DNA of 64,000 nt from an uncultured Holophagales bacterium (GTDB lineage Bacteria; Acidobacteriota; Thermoanaerobaculia; Multivoradales; UBA5704): NCBI GenBank assembly GCA_963842525.1, contig CAWJGT010000003.1, positions 1 to 64,000 on the forward strand, written 5' to 3'. Of this stretch, positions 1 through 9,674 are shown one piece after another (within the stretch, counting starts at the first letter, position 1; each line of letters opens with the position of its first letter). Position numbers and translations under genes: made by a program. The notes under the pieces were generated by a model that saw only the letters and a program-made list of their open reading frames with translations, made no database searches and was not told where the DNA came from.

Positions 1-2
1 CA

Positions 3-134
3 GGTCTGCTTACCGATTCTGTTGTAATGACCGACAACCTCGCCACGCTCGCCTGGACAGAGATCCAGCGGGTCGTCGGCCGCCTGCCGATGGCAGAGGT
101 GGAGCAGGCCCTGCGGCATAGCTTGGGCCTGTAG
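3..134 (+). CDS. PemK/MazF family toxin, 3' part (cut by window edge)
   Basis: Frame 3 reads GLLTDSVVMTDNLATL...VVGRLPMAEVEQALRHSLGL*, a typical PemK/MazF C-terminus. Confidence 0.75.
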   Translation, partial: GLLTDSVVMTDNLATLAWTEIQRVVGRLPMAEVEQALRHSLGL

Positions 135-366
135 CGCGGGTCGCCTCCCGTAGTGGCTGCCGGCGTGAGCTATCCTGTTCGGCTGGCACTTCCGCGGGGG
201 GGCGCTGGAGCCAGCGGCGGAGGACCTCTAGGAAGGCGGCGCTTCCTCCGGTTTGGACGGGAATCCGTAGGACACAGGCTAGCTAAGGGCTCAGAAGTTC
301 CGCAGCAGCCGCTCCCTGTCCCGCGGACCGAGCTTCCAGTCCGCGGGACAAGGCCCGGCGTTGATC

Positions 367-564
367 TCAGCAGGCGTTGCTGTTATCGCAGCTTGTATAG
401 CTGTAACAACCGGGATACATAAAACCACTGTTGACTGGACCGGTGTCGTCTGCAGGAATTCTATAGTTAGGATCCGGAATGCCTCCCGCGACGCCTTCGA
501 GATTTGCCGCGAGATGGCGGACAGTTTCGCGGCTCAAGGTCAACCTCTTGGGACTTTTTCTCAT
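367..564 (-). CDS. RiPP (lanthipeptide-like) precursor peptide, 65 aa
   Basis: MRKSPKRLTLSRETVRHLAANLEGVAGG leader (LxLxRET motif, double Gly), core with 3 Cys and several Ser/Thr; AGGAAGGAG RBS upstream of ATG at 564. Confidence 0.7.
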   Translation of the reverse strand: MRKSPKRLTLSRETVRHLAANLEGVAGGIPDPNYRIPADDTGPVNSGFMYPGCYSYTSCDNSNAC

Positions 565-802
565 GCGAGCTCCTTCCTCTGGTTCGATGTCCAGAAGCTC
601 TTGTCCGATAGATCTCGGAGCAAGACTCCTGGTCCCTAGATAAGCCTCATTTGATAGTGGCCAATGGGGGCGAAGCATTTCAGGAGCGGTCTGGTGTAGG
701 CGTGTCACTTGAGTGCAGGGCTGTGCTTCTCGGACCCGGGTTGTGGCGCCTACTGCGAGTACGACTGGGGAGCCCCCGGGAATAGGTGTGCCTCGCGCCT
801 GC

Positions 803-1116
803 CCCCGATCAGGGGTGCCGGCGCAGGTGCTAGCCACTTATTCTGGGGCCGGATTGACGCAGACCGGCCGGGTCAGCCGCTCACCGCTGCCGTTAGCCGC
901 CAGCGCTAGGTGCCACCCACTTATTCTGGCCACCCACTTATTCTGGAAAGCCGGGAGGGTGCAGCGGCCCTATCCGCATCTCACTCGCCTGTTTGAGGCG
1001 TACGTGAAAGAGGTGTGACAAGACCCGCCCCCGAGGGAGGATATCCTCGGGGGCTCTTGGTTGTTGGCAGCGTGTACACTTCCCCGATCAGGGGTGCCAG
1101 CCACTTATTCTGTTGG
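803..1116 (+). repeat. Cluster of junction-motif copies (CCGATCAGGGGTGCC / GGTGCCAGCCACTTATTCTG family)
   Basis: Copies at 803-819, 826-846, 909-929, 930-946 (tandem duplicate) and 1082-1116. Confidence 0.85.
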
Positions 1117-1281
1117 GGCGTTAAGATCCCGCCCGCTAGACGCACCAGACTAGGGAGTGGGACTGCGGAAGACCCTCCCTTCTTCCACCCACCCCCGCCG
1201 GGAAAGGCCTCCCTCCCTTTTGATTTCAGGGCTTGGTGGCGCCCTCTCCAGGGTTGCGGGGGGAAGGGGAGGACCGCGCAA

Positions 1282-1629
1282 CTACCCATCGCCGTACTCA
1301 ACGAGATGGACATGAGCTGGTTCACCGGACACGATCGGCACCACTGCCGGGGTCACCAGATCGCCGGGCCACGGAGGCCGCGAGGTGTCGGCGGCGAAGA
1401 TCGCAGAGACGGTCAGATCGGCGGCAGCGCCGGTGTACGGTACTTCGAAGCGCAGCGTCGAGGCCGATGACAAATCGATATCCGTTACGTCGAGAACTAG
1501 TCGGGACACGACCATGGCGCGAACATCTGACTCGGAGGTGTTTTCGACTCGAACCTCTAGCTGTGCCGGGCCGACGGTGCGACCTAAGGCGGGAAGATGC
1601 ACGACGACCTCGACGTGGCGAGCGGTCAT
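1282..1629 (-). CDS. Hypothetical protein, YbaY-like beta-sandwich
   Basis: ATGA overlap with the astacin stop; VRVENTSESD...GDLVT pattern resembles YbaY-type proteins. Confidence 0.5.
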   Translation of the reverse strand: MTARHVEVVVHLPALGRTVGPAQLEVRVENTSESDVRAMVVSRLVLDVTDIDLSSASTLRFEVPYTGAAADLTVSAIFAADTSRPPWPGDLVTPAVVPIVSGEPAHVHLVEYGDG

Positions 1630-2780
1630 CGCTGACGCACCACCACGTAGCGTGCTTCGGCAATGACCGCTTGGTCTGCGAGGTTCGTGATCGTGAAGAA
1701 ATAGTCCAGACCACCGCCGACCGAGCGCCCGGTCTTGTACTCCCAGGAGAGAAGCGGACCTGCGCCAGCCGGGCCATCGGTGCAGATAACATCCCAGTGA
1801 ACAACCATGCTGACGGGCCAACCGCTCGTCACAACCCGCGCCACTTGGCGAGAGGCTATCGTGATGCGGAACTGGGTGCCGTCACCGACGCTGGGAACTA
1901 CGTTGTCGCTCCCGGTCGTGGTAGTGGTCGAATAGAGATAGCGTATGGCGGCAATGTCTCCGTCGCTGACCCCCTCCCGCTGGCCGAACTCCGGATTGGC
2001 CGAGAGCGCCTCTAGCGTCGGCTGGCCGTTGCTGGTGAAAGCGTCCGGCGGGTAGTGCATGATTGACCCGAAGTCGTAAGGGCCCACGTCGTCGCCGTCG
2101 GACACCTGCTGACGAAAATTGTGCTCATACCCTGGTAGAACGTTCTCCCACCGGACGCGCACATAGTTGTCGCGGTCCCTACGGCTCTGCTCATGCCAAA
2201 GCCCCAGCACGTGGCACAGCTCATGGATCGCGTTGCCGACCGTGCAAGTCGGACTTAGACGAACCACTTGCCGTCCGCCTGCCCGCCCTACTCGTGAGCT
2301 GCAGAAGGCTGACACCTCAAAAGCTATGTAGTCGTTTATCCACAGCTCGCGCGGGACGAACTGGACGGGTGTGCGACGAGTTAGACCATCCACGGCAGCA
2401 GCGACGATGCCATGGATCGGCGAGGACGTTGGAACCGACTCGTACGGCACCCGACCCTGTGGCCAGCGCTTCGAGGTGTCCGCAACGACGGCGGCCTGCA
2501 TCTCGCCGGCGGCGGCGGCAAGCACCTGCGCCGCAGTCGCCAGCTCCCCCGGAGTACCTAGCTCGATATCGTCCTCGAAAATCGCTCGACCGTTGACGAC
2601 GCTGAACTCGACCCTTTTCGGTCCGTACCTCCCAAGAGCCACGACACCGATGCCGACTCCTGCCCGCCCGGCCACTACATCGGCCTGCTCCGCAGTGCTG
2701 GCAACACCCACGTCGGAGCTCAGCTCATCCTCTCGCTTGCCGCGGCTTGCGCGACGGGGAACATCTGTGTCGGAACTCAT
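1626..2780 (-). CDS. Astacin (M12A) zinc metalloprotease
   Basis: HELCHVLGLWHEQSRRDRD zinc motif and SIMHY Met-turn; start placed at the ATGA overlap with the upstream gene. Confidence 0.9.
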   Translation of the reverse strand: MSSDTDVPRRASRGKREDELSSDVGVASTAEQADVVAGRAGVGIGVVALGRYGPKRVEFSVVNGRAIFEDDIELGTPGELATAAQVLAAAAGEMQAAVVADTSKRWPQGRVPYESVPTSSPIHGIVAAAVDGLTRRTPVQFVPRELWINDYIAFEVSAFCSSRVGRAGGRQVVRLSPTCTVGNAIHELCHVLGLWHEQSRRDRDNYVRVRWENVLPGYEHNFRQQVSDGDDVGPYDFGSIMHYPPDAFTSNGQPTLEALSANPEFGQREGVSDGDIAAIRYLYSTTTTTGSDNVVPSVGDGTQFRITIASRQVARVVTSGWPVSMVVHWDVICTDGPAGAGPLLSWEYKTGRSVGGGLDYFFTITNLADQAVIAEARYVVVRQR

Positions 2781-3607
2781 CTCGTCTTCCCTTTTGCTGC
2801 GGATTGCGCGACTGCCAGTGCGGTTACCATCATTGGGTGGTACAGCACCAGGAACTGCTCCGGATGGCCGCGCAGTGCCGAGCGCGCAATCGATGCCCAT
2901 TGCGGCATGACAATCCCGGTCCACACCTCTGCCTCTGGCTGCCACTGCCCCGATAGAAACCGAGCGGCAAGAACAAGCTCGACCCCCACGTCGTACCCCC
3001 ACTCGGTACTGGCGAGCTCATCGGCGACCCTTGCAGCTGTCGCCCCTAGCTCGGCGGCCAGCGGGCCCGAGGCGGGCACCGCACCGAAGTCGGTGGCGTA
3101 GAACGCGACGTGCGTCAGTTCGTACAACGACATGACCGAGGCTTCCACCTTGACTGCGCGCAGCGCTGGTAGAGCGGATCCGGTGAGATGTGCTGAGACA
3201 TGGGCAATTTCCTCCGGGCGCCACGGCGGCCCGAGGGCGAAAACCGCCCGTTCCGACTCCACGACAAGGTCAAGGATGTGCTGATCGTGGAGTCTCTGCT
3301 GCTCCATTGCCGGGTCGAGCCAAACACGCGCTGCGTGCAGCGCCCACTCCTCCGGTCCGGGGTTCGCCGCGCCAACTCGCAACGCCGGAGCGGCAAGCAC
3401 GGACCGGACCGCGGCGGCGAGTACCGTCGAGCCGCTCTCCGGGTAATCCCGCTCGAGGATCGAAGCGAAGAGCGCGATATCCGCGAGCGCTGTCAGCCCC
3501 GGCTCGAATCTGGGGTCGTTGGTGAGGAGCGTCAACAGAACTTCTACGTTCCCCGCCAACTCCGTGATGAGTGACTCGGCGAGACAAGCGAGATCCTCTC
3601 CACCCAT
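2777..3607 (-). CDS. DUF6895-like helical protein
   Basis: LYELTHVAFYATDFG and C-terminal YHPMMV motifs recalled from DUF6895-type proteins; coupled to astacin gene. Confidence 0.55.
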   Translation of the reverse strand: MGGEDLACLAESLITELAGNVEVLLTLLTNDPRFEPGLTALADIALFASILERDYPESGSTVLAAAVRSVLAAPALRVGAANPGPEEWALHAARVWLDPAMEQQRLHDQHILDLVVESERAVFALGPPWRPEEIAHVSAHLTGSALPALRAVKVEASVMSLYELTHVAFYATDFGAVPASGPLAAELGATAARVADELASTEWGYDVGVELVLAARFLSGQWQPEAEVWTGIVMPQWASIARSALRGHPEQFLVLYHPMMVTALAVAQSAAKGKTR

Positions 3608-3630
3608 ACCCCACCGCGACGGGCGCGCGA

Positions 3631-4011
3631 CTAGCCAGCTTTGGGCGCACCCCCGCCGGAGACGTATCCGCCACCTTCTCCGAGTGCCTGACTGCCTTCA
3701 AGACCCTGGACCCGCTTGAGGACAGCTGCGGCGTTGCCCAACCGGTTGACCGCGATCCGCTGAAGGTCCCCGGGGCGGAGGGCCGAGGCGTTCGATCCGC
3801 AAGCTACGATTGCCAGCCACGCGGTCGGTGACGTGTTGGGGTTCAGGCCTAGGGTCTGGAGAATCTCACCCCGGTTTAGGGCTCGGCCATCCGGCATCAC
3901 GGCACGAGAGTTCAGAGATGCAATCCTGTTGATCCCGATTCCTACATCGGCCTGGGTGTTGGGATCATTCTCCTCGCTCGTTGCATCGAAGTCGATAAGG
4001 TCGCTGCTCAT
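3631..4011 (-). CDS. Hypothetical 126-aa protein (possible radical SAM substrate)
   Basis: GAAGGAGG RBS; directly downstream of the SPASM gene; single Cys in WLAIVACGSNASAL. Confidence 0.6.
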   Translation of the reverse strand: MSSDLIDFDATSEENDPNTQADVGIGINRIASLNSRAVMPDGRALNRGEILQTLGLNPNTSPTAWLAIVACGSNASALRPGDLQRIAVNRLGNAAAVLKRVQGLEGSQALGEGGGYVSGGGAPKAG

Positions 4012-4056
4012 GGAACGTTCCTCCTTCGATAGTTGGCCCTCGAGAGCCGACTAGGG

Positions 4057-4843
4057 TTAGCTGTAGTTGGCGGCAACGAGGCCTTGCGGCACGCTGCTGC
4101 TGACCGTTTGGCCCAGCCTCCGCAGCAGTGCGGCGGCGGTTTCCCTCAACCCCGAGCGGAACATTGCGTCGAAGTTATCGCAGTACGGCGCCAGCTGCGT
4201 TCCCGTGCTGTAAAGAGCGAACTGCGCGCAACCTCCACCGCACACGAGCGCCATCGGACAGGCCGTACACTCGGGAATGAGTCCGACGTGGCGGGTAAAC
4301 CACTGTGCTGTCTTCGCTCCATCGAGTATCAGCTCGGCCTTGCCGTCGCAGAAGTACGTGCCGATGCGGCTGTCAGCCTTCCCTACTGATTCCCAGCAGC
4401 TGTAGACATACCCGTCGGGAGCGAAGACGTACTGGCCCGTGTTCGCGGTACAGTAGTTTCCCTGAACCGGGACCTGAAGACCCTCCAACAGAGCAGGCAT
4501 CCACTTCGCGCGGATGTTGATGCTTGGCGCATTGAGGTAAAGGTTGGAGTACTGTCTCGCCAGGTGACGAAGCCGCTGGTCCATCTCGTGCAGTGCAATG
4601 TCGGTCGATACCGGTTGACCGGGCGTCATCTTGTAGACCGTGTTTGCGTAGATGAGCAGATCGGGATGGCCGAGCCATCCGTAGCTGCCGAACTCGCCCA
4701 GCAGTTCCTCGAAGTGCTCGAGATTTGTCAAGTCTAGATGGACACGAATCTGGACGAGCGTGTCGCCGCGCTCGAGTAGGCGGTTGACGTTGCCGACCAC
4801 CTTCCGATATGACTTCTCAGTACCGAGCGCGATCCGCCGTCTG
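4057..4843 (-). pseudogene. Radical SAM/SPASM protein, 5'-truncated
   Basis: SPASM cysteines (YCTA...DGYVYSCW...CTACPMALVCGGGC...YC) are present; the N-terminal CxxxCxxC motif is absent and similarity stops near 4843. Confidence 0.8.
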
Positions 4844-5040
4844 AGTACCACCAGAACTATAAGTGCCAACCGAATCTTGGACCTGCCATTGGACACCTCA
4901 CATCGAAGGAGGAGTCTAAGCCTTCGGGGAGTAGGTGCGGCGGATAAGGTGCGCGAGGAATAGGTGCCTGAGGCTTCTTGGGGAGCCTTGGAGTATATGA
5001 GGTCTGCGGGGCCTGCGGTCACAGAGTACCAGCCAGCAGA

Positions 5041-5061
5041 GGTGCCAGACACTTATTCTGG
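5041..5061 (+). repeat. Junction motif copy GGTGCCAGACACTTATTCTGG
   Basis: One mismatch to the consensus; abuts the stop codon of the duplicated kinase fragment. Confidence 0.85.
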
Positions 5062-5064
5062 CAG

Positions 5065-5671
5065 CTACCCGTCGCCCTCCCGCAGGGTCTTGAGCACTGC
5101 CCGCAGGGTGTCCAAGGTGATGGGCTTGGCCAGGAAGCCGTCCATGCCCGCCGCCTCGCAGGCCTCCCGGTCGGCGGCGAAGGCGTTGGCGGTCAGGGCC
5201 ACCAGGCGCAGGCGTCTGCCGCCGCCGGCCGCCTCCCGGGCGCGGATGGCGCGGGCCGCGGCCAGCCCGTCCAGCACCGGCATGTAGATGTCGAGCAGCA
5301 CCAGGTCGTAGGCCGCGCGGGCGGTGGCCTCGACCGCCTCCACCCCGTTCTCCACGCACTCCACGGCGATCCCCAGGTGCTGCAGCATGGCCTGGACCAC
5401 CTCCCGGTTCACCTCGCTGTCCTCGGCCACCAGGACCCGCCGGCGGCTCAGGACGGCTCCGGGCTGCGATCTCGGCGGGCTCGGCGAGACGGGCGGGACC
5501 GACGCGGCCGGGGCCGCAGCGTCCTCGGCCGCGGGCTCGGAGACGAGCGGCAGTCGGACCGTGAAGGTGCTGCCGCAGCCCGGGGAAGCTCGCCACCGCG
5601 ATCGTCCCGTCCATGGCCTCCAGCAGGCGGGCGGTGATCGCCAAGCCCAGACCCGTGCCGCCGAAGCGCCG
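5065..5671 (-). pseudogene. Partial diverged duplicate of the 3' end (HATPase end + REC) of the MHYT hybrid kinase
   Basis: Near-identical to 7223-7828 with scattered substitutions and a 1-nt indel near 5590; no start codon region. Confidence 0.9.
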
Positions 5672-5701
5672 ATCAGGGGTGCCAGCCACTTATTCTGTTG
5701 G
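5669..5701 (+). repeat. Junction motif copy CCGATCAGGGGTGCCAGCCACTTATTCTGTTGG
   Basis: 33 nt identical to 1084-1116; sits between two gene fragments. Confidence 0.9.
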
Positions 5702-6163
5702 TACAACCTGCTCGGCTGCCTTCTGTTGGCAGGACGGCATCCTGAGGCGGAGCAGCTTCTACCCGAGGTCGAAGGACTCTTCGGAGCTTTGGGCCAACCT
5801 CTCGACCTCGTACGCCTGAGTTGGGCTCGGGCCAACATCGCCTTCGGTCTGGGAGACCTCCGAGCAGCAGAGGAGATCTTCGACCAGGTCCGGCAGGAGT
5901 TCGCCGCCCGCGGCATGGCGTACGACGCCGCTGTGGTCTGCCTCGACCTCTCGCTGCTCTACCACCAGGAAGGCCGCACCGCGGAGTTGAAGCAACTGAC
6001 AGGAGAGTTGGTGACGATCTTCGAAGGGCAGGAGATCCACCGCGAGGCGATCGGGGCTTTCTACCTCTTCCAGAAGGCCTCGCTGGAGGAGCGCCTCACC
6101 GTGGACATCATCACGCGGCTGGCCGACGTGCTGCGGAGGTATCGGCCGGGGAATGGGGTGTAG
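5702..6163 (+). pseudogene. C-terminal fragment of a TPR-like helical protein
   Basis: YDAAVVCLDLSLLYHQEGRTAELKQL...IHREAIGAF helical-repeat C-terminus; begins abruptly at the junction motif. Confidence 0.65.
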
Positions 6164-6217
6164 GGTATCGAAGCTGGGACGAGCGACTTTGGCTGGGGGT
6201 GATACCATCAAGGAACT

Positions 6218-6481
6218 ATGTTGAAGACGATCGAAGGCATCTACAGGGAAGGCAAAGTCGAGCTTGCCGAGCGGCCAGAAGGCGTAGGGGATGAGGTGCC
6301 GGTCCTCGTGACGTTCCTTCCACCGCACCGGATCGACCTCAGGGCGCAGGGAATCGACGAGATGCAGGCAGCCAACCTGCGGGCCCGCCTGAAGATCTTC
6401 GCCGCCGACTGGGATGACGCGGAGATGGGCATCTATGACGACGACTACGACACCGCCAAGGCCAAGCTGCAAGCGAGGTGA
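6218..6481 (+). CDS. Putative antitoxin (AF2212/DUF104-like N-terminus)
   Basis: MLKTIEGIYREGKVELAERP N-terminus and acidic WDDAEMGIYD tail; overlaps a PemK/MazF 5' fragment. Confidence 0.65.
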   Translation: MLKTIEGIYREGKVELAERPEGVGDEVPVLVTFLPPHRIDLRAQGIDEMQAANLRARLKIFAADWDDAEMGIYDDDYDTAKAKLQAR

Positions 6482-6540
6482 CGTCGCTCTCGCGCTTTTT
6501 CCCGATTCTAACCTGCGAACTGCCAAGCTCCGCCCTGTAC
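6435..6540 (+). pseudogene. PemK/MazF toxin N-terminal fragment
   Basis: KRGDVALALFPDSNLRTAKLRPV is a typical MazF N-terminus; similarity is lost after about 6540. Confidence 0.7.
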
Positions 6541-6604
6541 CGCGGCAGCAGGGGCACTTGTCGTTCTGTACGACTCTAGGGCCGCCCCGGGAAGGGAATT
6601 CGGC

Positions 6605-6633
6605 TTGACAATGCCACTTAATGTAGCTACAGT
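6605..6633 (+). promoter_or_regulatory. Sigma70-type promoter of brnTA with palindromic operator
   Basis: TTGACA (6605-6610), 17 bp, TACAGT (6628-6633); palindrome TGTAGCTACA (6622-6631) overlaps the -10. Confidence 0.7.
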
Positions 6634-6638
6634 AATCC

Positions 6639-6908
6639 ATGCGGGTTGAGTTCGATCCTGCCAAGGACGAGGTCAACCTAGCCAAGCACGGTGTGTCCTT
6701 GGCGCTGGCGAGGCAGCTTGATTGGGACGCTGCGCTCGTATGGGTGGACGATCGGTTTGCCTATAACGAGGTGCGCATGATCGCTCTCGCTCCCGCGGCA
6801 AACACGCTGTACTACGTGGCCTTTGTTGATCGTGGTGAGACTCTAAGGATTATCAGCCTTCGCCGAGCCGAACGTCGTGAGGTGAAGTATTATGTCGAAA
6901 GCCTCTAA
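6639..6908 (+). CDS. brnT: BrnT family toxin
   Basis: FDPAKDEVNLAKHGVSL...RIISLRRA signature. Confidence 0.9.
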   Translation: MRVEFDPAKDEVNLAKHGVSLALARQLDWDAALVWVDDRFAYNEVRMIALAPAANTLYYVAFVDRGETLRIISLRRAERREVKYYVESL

Positions 6909-7191
6909 GCGGCCGGTCATCGTGCCGCCCAGTCCGGAAGAAGACGCAGCGATCGTCGCTGCTGCAAAGGCAGATCCGGATGCGCAGCCGTTGACGGATG
7001 CGCAACTCGCTGCAATGGTCCCGATGCGGAGCCTTCGCGGCAGACCGAAGTCCGAGAAGAAGAAGCTACTTCTGTCGGTGCGCTATAGCCCCGAGGTCGT
7101 TGCCTTCTTCAAATCCACAGGCGAAGGCTGGCAGACCCGTATGGACGACGTGCTCAAGGAGTATGTGGCGCACGCTGAGCGGCGGCGCTAG
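6892..7191 (+). CDS. brnA: BrnA family antitoxin
   Basis: RGRPK...SVRYSPEVVAFFKSTGEGWQTRMDDVL signature; overlaps brnT. Confidence 0.9.
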   Translation: MSKASKRPVIVPPSPEEDAAIVAAAKADPDAQPLTDAQLAAMVPMRSLRGRPKSEKKKLLLSVRYSPEVVAFFKSTGEGWQTRMDDVLKEYVAHAERRR

Positions 7192-7222
7192 GGCGCTCAG
7201 TTAGTCCGCCGGTCGTCGCCGG

Positions 7223-9181
7223 CTACCCATCGCCCTCCGGCAGGGTCTTGAGCACCGCCCGCAGGGTGTCCAAGGTGATGGGCTTGGCCAGGAAGCCGTC
7301 CATGCCCGCCGCCTCGCAGGCCTCCCGGTCGGCGGCGAAGGCGTTGGCGGTCAGGGCCACCAGGCGCAGGCGTCTGCCGCCGCCGGCCGCCTCCCGGGCG
7401 CGGATGGCGCGGGCCGCGGCCAGCCCGTCCAGCACCGGCATATAGATGTCGAGCAGCACCAGGTCGTAGGCCGCGTGGGCGGTGGCCTCGACCGCCTCCA
7501 TCCCGTCCTCCACGCACTCCACGGTGGTCCCCAGGTGCTTCAGCATGGCCTGGACCACCTCCCGGTTCACCGGGCTGTCCTCGGCCACCAGGACCCGCCG
7601 GCGGCTCGGGACGGCTCCGGGCTGCGATCTCGGTGGGCTCGGCGAGACGGGCGGGAGCGATGCGGCCGGGGCCGCAGCGTCCTCGGCCGCGGGCTCGGAG
7701 GCGAGCGGCAGTCGGACCGTGAAGGTGCTGCCGCAGCCCGGGGCGGTCGCCACCGCGATCGTCCCGTCCATGGCCTCCAGCAGGCGGGCGGTGATCGCCA
7801 GGCCCAGACCCGTGCCGCCGAAGCGCCGGGTCGTCGAGGCATCGCCCTGGGTGAAGGGCTGGAACAGGCGGGCGCGCTGGGCCTCATCCATGCCGATCCC
7901 GGTATCGCGGACCGCGATGGCGAGGCGCCCCTCTCCGTCGGCGCTGGCGATGACTCTGATGGTGCCGCCGGGGGAGAACTTCAGTGCGTTGGAGACCAGG
8001 TTCAAGAGCACTTGGCGCACCCGTATGGGATCGGCCAGCACCCGGCGCGGCACCGTCTCGGGCCAGTCCAGGACCAGCGCCCCTCCCCGCTCGCCGACCT
8101 GGGAGCGGTACAGGGCCAAGGTGTCGGCCGCGGCGGCCCGGGCGTCGACCGGCAGCCGCTCCACCTCCAGGCGGCCGGCCTCGATCTTGGCCCAGTCCAG
8201 GATGTCATTGAGGATCGCGAGGAGCGTCTGGCCGGAACGCCGGATGGTCTCGGCCTGGTCGCGCTGCTCGGGCGCCAAGGGACCCGAGGCCAGGAGGTCG
8301 GCCATGCCGATCACCCCGTTCAAGGGGGTGCGGATCTCGTGGCTCATGGCGGCCAGGAACTCGGACTTGGCCCGGTTCGCCCGCACCGCCTCGTCGTGCT
8401 TCGTCACCAACTCGGCGGTGCGGCGGTCCACGAGCGTGGCGGCGATGGCAACCGCGATGATCACCGAGGTGACGACGGCGATCACGACGGCCATCCATCG
8501 CGGCTCGAACACGACCCTCGGGGACCCCATGCTGCCGGGGTAGAAGCGGACGGCATGCATGGCGGTGTAGTGCATGCAGGCCACGGCGCAGCCCATGGCG
8601 CCGGCGCCGGCCACCTGGCGGAGGAAGGGGAGAGTGGCGCCGCCGGGGAAGAACTTGATGTAGAGGGCGAGGGTGGCGAGCACGTGAGCGACGAAGATCG
8701 ACAGGGCGAACAGGAGGGGCGCGTACCCCATCATGGCGTCCATGCGCATCGCTTCCATGCCGGTGTAGTGCATGCCCCCGATCCCCAATGCCATGAGCAG
8801 GCCGCCGACATTGAGCCGCCACCATGAGATCCTGGCGCGGTCCATGAAATAGAGCGCCATGGCGCTCGCGAACACAGCGGGAACCATCGAGAGGAGGGTG
8901 ATCGTGAGGTCGTAGCTGACCGGAATCGGCAACGAGAAGGCGAGCATGCCGATGAAGTGCATGGACCAGATGCCCGAACCCATGGCGGCGGCACCGGCGG
9001 CCAGCCACCGGCGACGGATTTGTGGCGATGGCGCGCTCGCCATCCGTTCGACGACCTCGAGGGCGGCGTAGCCGCCCAGCGCGGCCACGAAGAAGGACAG
9101 CGCCACCAGGAACGGGGCGTGGGCCGCAGAAAGCTCCTGGCCCAGGTCGGCGTTGGGGGCGATGAACCTCCAGAAGAGCAT
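7223..9181 (-). CDS. MHYT-domain hybrid sensor histidine kinase (MHYT-HisKA-HATPase-REC)
   Basis: MHFIGM/MHYTGM/MHYTAM repeats, [11 protein letters not shown]-box, NALKF, DTGIG, GGTGLGL, C-terminal receiver. Confidence 0.95.
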   Translation of the reverse strand: MLFWRFIAPNADLGQELSAAHAPFLVALSFFVAALGGYAALEVVERMASAPSPQIRRRWLAAGAAAMGSGIWSMHFIGMLAFSLPIPVSYDLTITLLSMVPAVFASAMALYFMDRARISWWRLNVGGLLMALGIGGMHYTGMEAMRMDAMMGYAPLLFALSIFVAHVLATLALYIKFFPGGATLPFLRQVAGAGAMGCAVACMHYTAMHAVRFYPGSMGSPRVVFEPRWMAVVIAVVTSVIIAVAIAATLVDRRTAELVTKHDEAVRANRAKSEFLAAMSHEIRTPLNGVIGMADLLASGPLAPEQRDQAETIRRSGQTLLAILNDILDWAKIEAGRLEVERLPVDARAAAADTLALYRSQVGERGGALVLDWPETVPRRVLADPIRVRQVLLNLVSNALKFSPGGTIRVIASADGEGRLAIAVRDTGIGMDEAQRARLFQPFTQGDASTTRRFGGTGLGLAITARLLEAMDGTIAVATAPGCGSTFTVRLPLASEPAAEDAAAPAASLPPVSPSPPRSQPGAVPSRRRVLVAEDSPVNREVVQAMLKHLGTTVECVEDGMEAVEATAHAAYDLVLLDIYMPVLDGLAAARAIRAREAAGGGRRLRLVALTANAFAADREACEAAGMDGFLAKPITLDTLRAVLKTLPEGDG

Positions 9182-9370
9182 ATCGGTTCCTGCGACTGAG
9201 AAAGCGAACCTATTCTACAGCGCGCGGCTCACCGGGGCGATAGGGGCCTCTTCTTCTGGGGAGGACATCATCACCAGCTACAATGCGGCTGGCGCCTTGG
9301 GTGCGTGATTCAGGGCACTCGGTCCTGCTTCACGCCAACACCGGCAACATCATCTTGCACATCATCAAGC

Positions 9371-9580
9371 GGCCTTGTCGTAACGGGGGCTTTGAGACGC
9401 CCTGAACGCGGTGGTATCCACAAGCGCGGTGGTCGCGGACTAGTCGGAGCCTGCCTTCGGCGACCCAGGGTGATGAAAACAGGCTCCGGCGCCACCCTAC
9501 CCGCCGCCCATTTTCGTCTTAGGGCGTCTCTACGCGGGACGAAATATGATTGGGCGTGACATTCACCCGTTCGATGCCTG
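9371..9580 (-). repeat. GTAG-type palindromic (REP-like) element, copy 1
   Basis: Inverted repeat GAGACGCCCT (9394-9403) / AGGGCGTCTC (9521-9530) followed by TAC; homologous to 20662-20793. Confidence 0.8.
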
Positions 9581-9626
9581 AGGCACGTCGCCAGGCTGTC
9601 CGCTTGCTCTTGTTCCGCCTTCCTAT

Positions 9627-9674
9627 GTGGTGACCAGGGTGCCCCCGGATGGGTGCCAGCCACTTATTCTGGGG
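9627..9674 (+). repeat. Composite junction motif GTGGTGACCAGGGTGCC-CGGATGGGTGCCAGCCACTTATTCTGG
   Basis: Sub-parts recur at 12004-12020, 17152-17164 and in the other motif copies. Confidence 0.8.

Noticed and set aside
709-909. Small Cys-rich ORF (CFSDPGCGAYC) as a second RiPP precursor
   Set aside because: No RBS or leader, TTG start, and it runs through the junction motif; at most a fragment
803-9674. Junction motifs as integron attC sites, dif sites or CRISPR repeats
   Set aside because: No RYYYAAC/GTTRRRY hairpin, no XerD arm consensus, irregular kilobase spacing, no intI or cas gene
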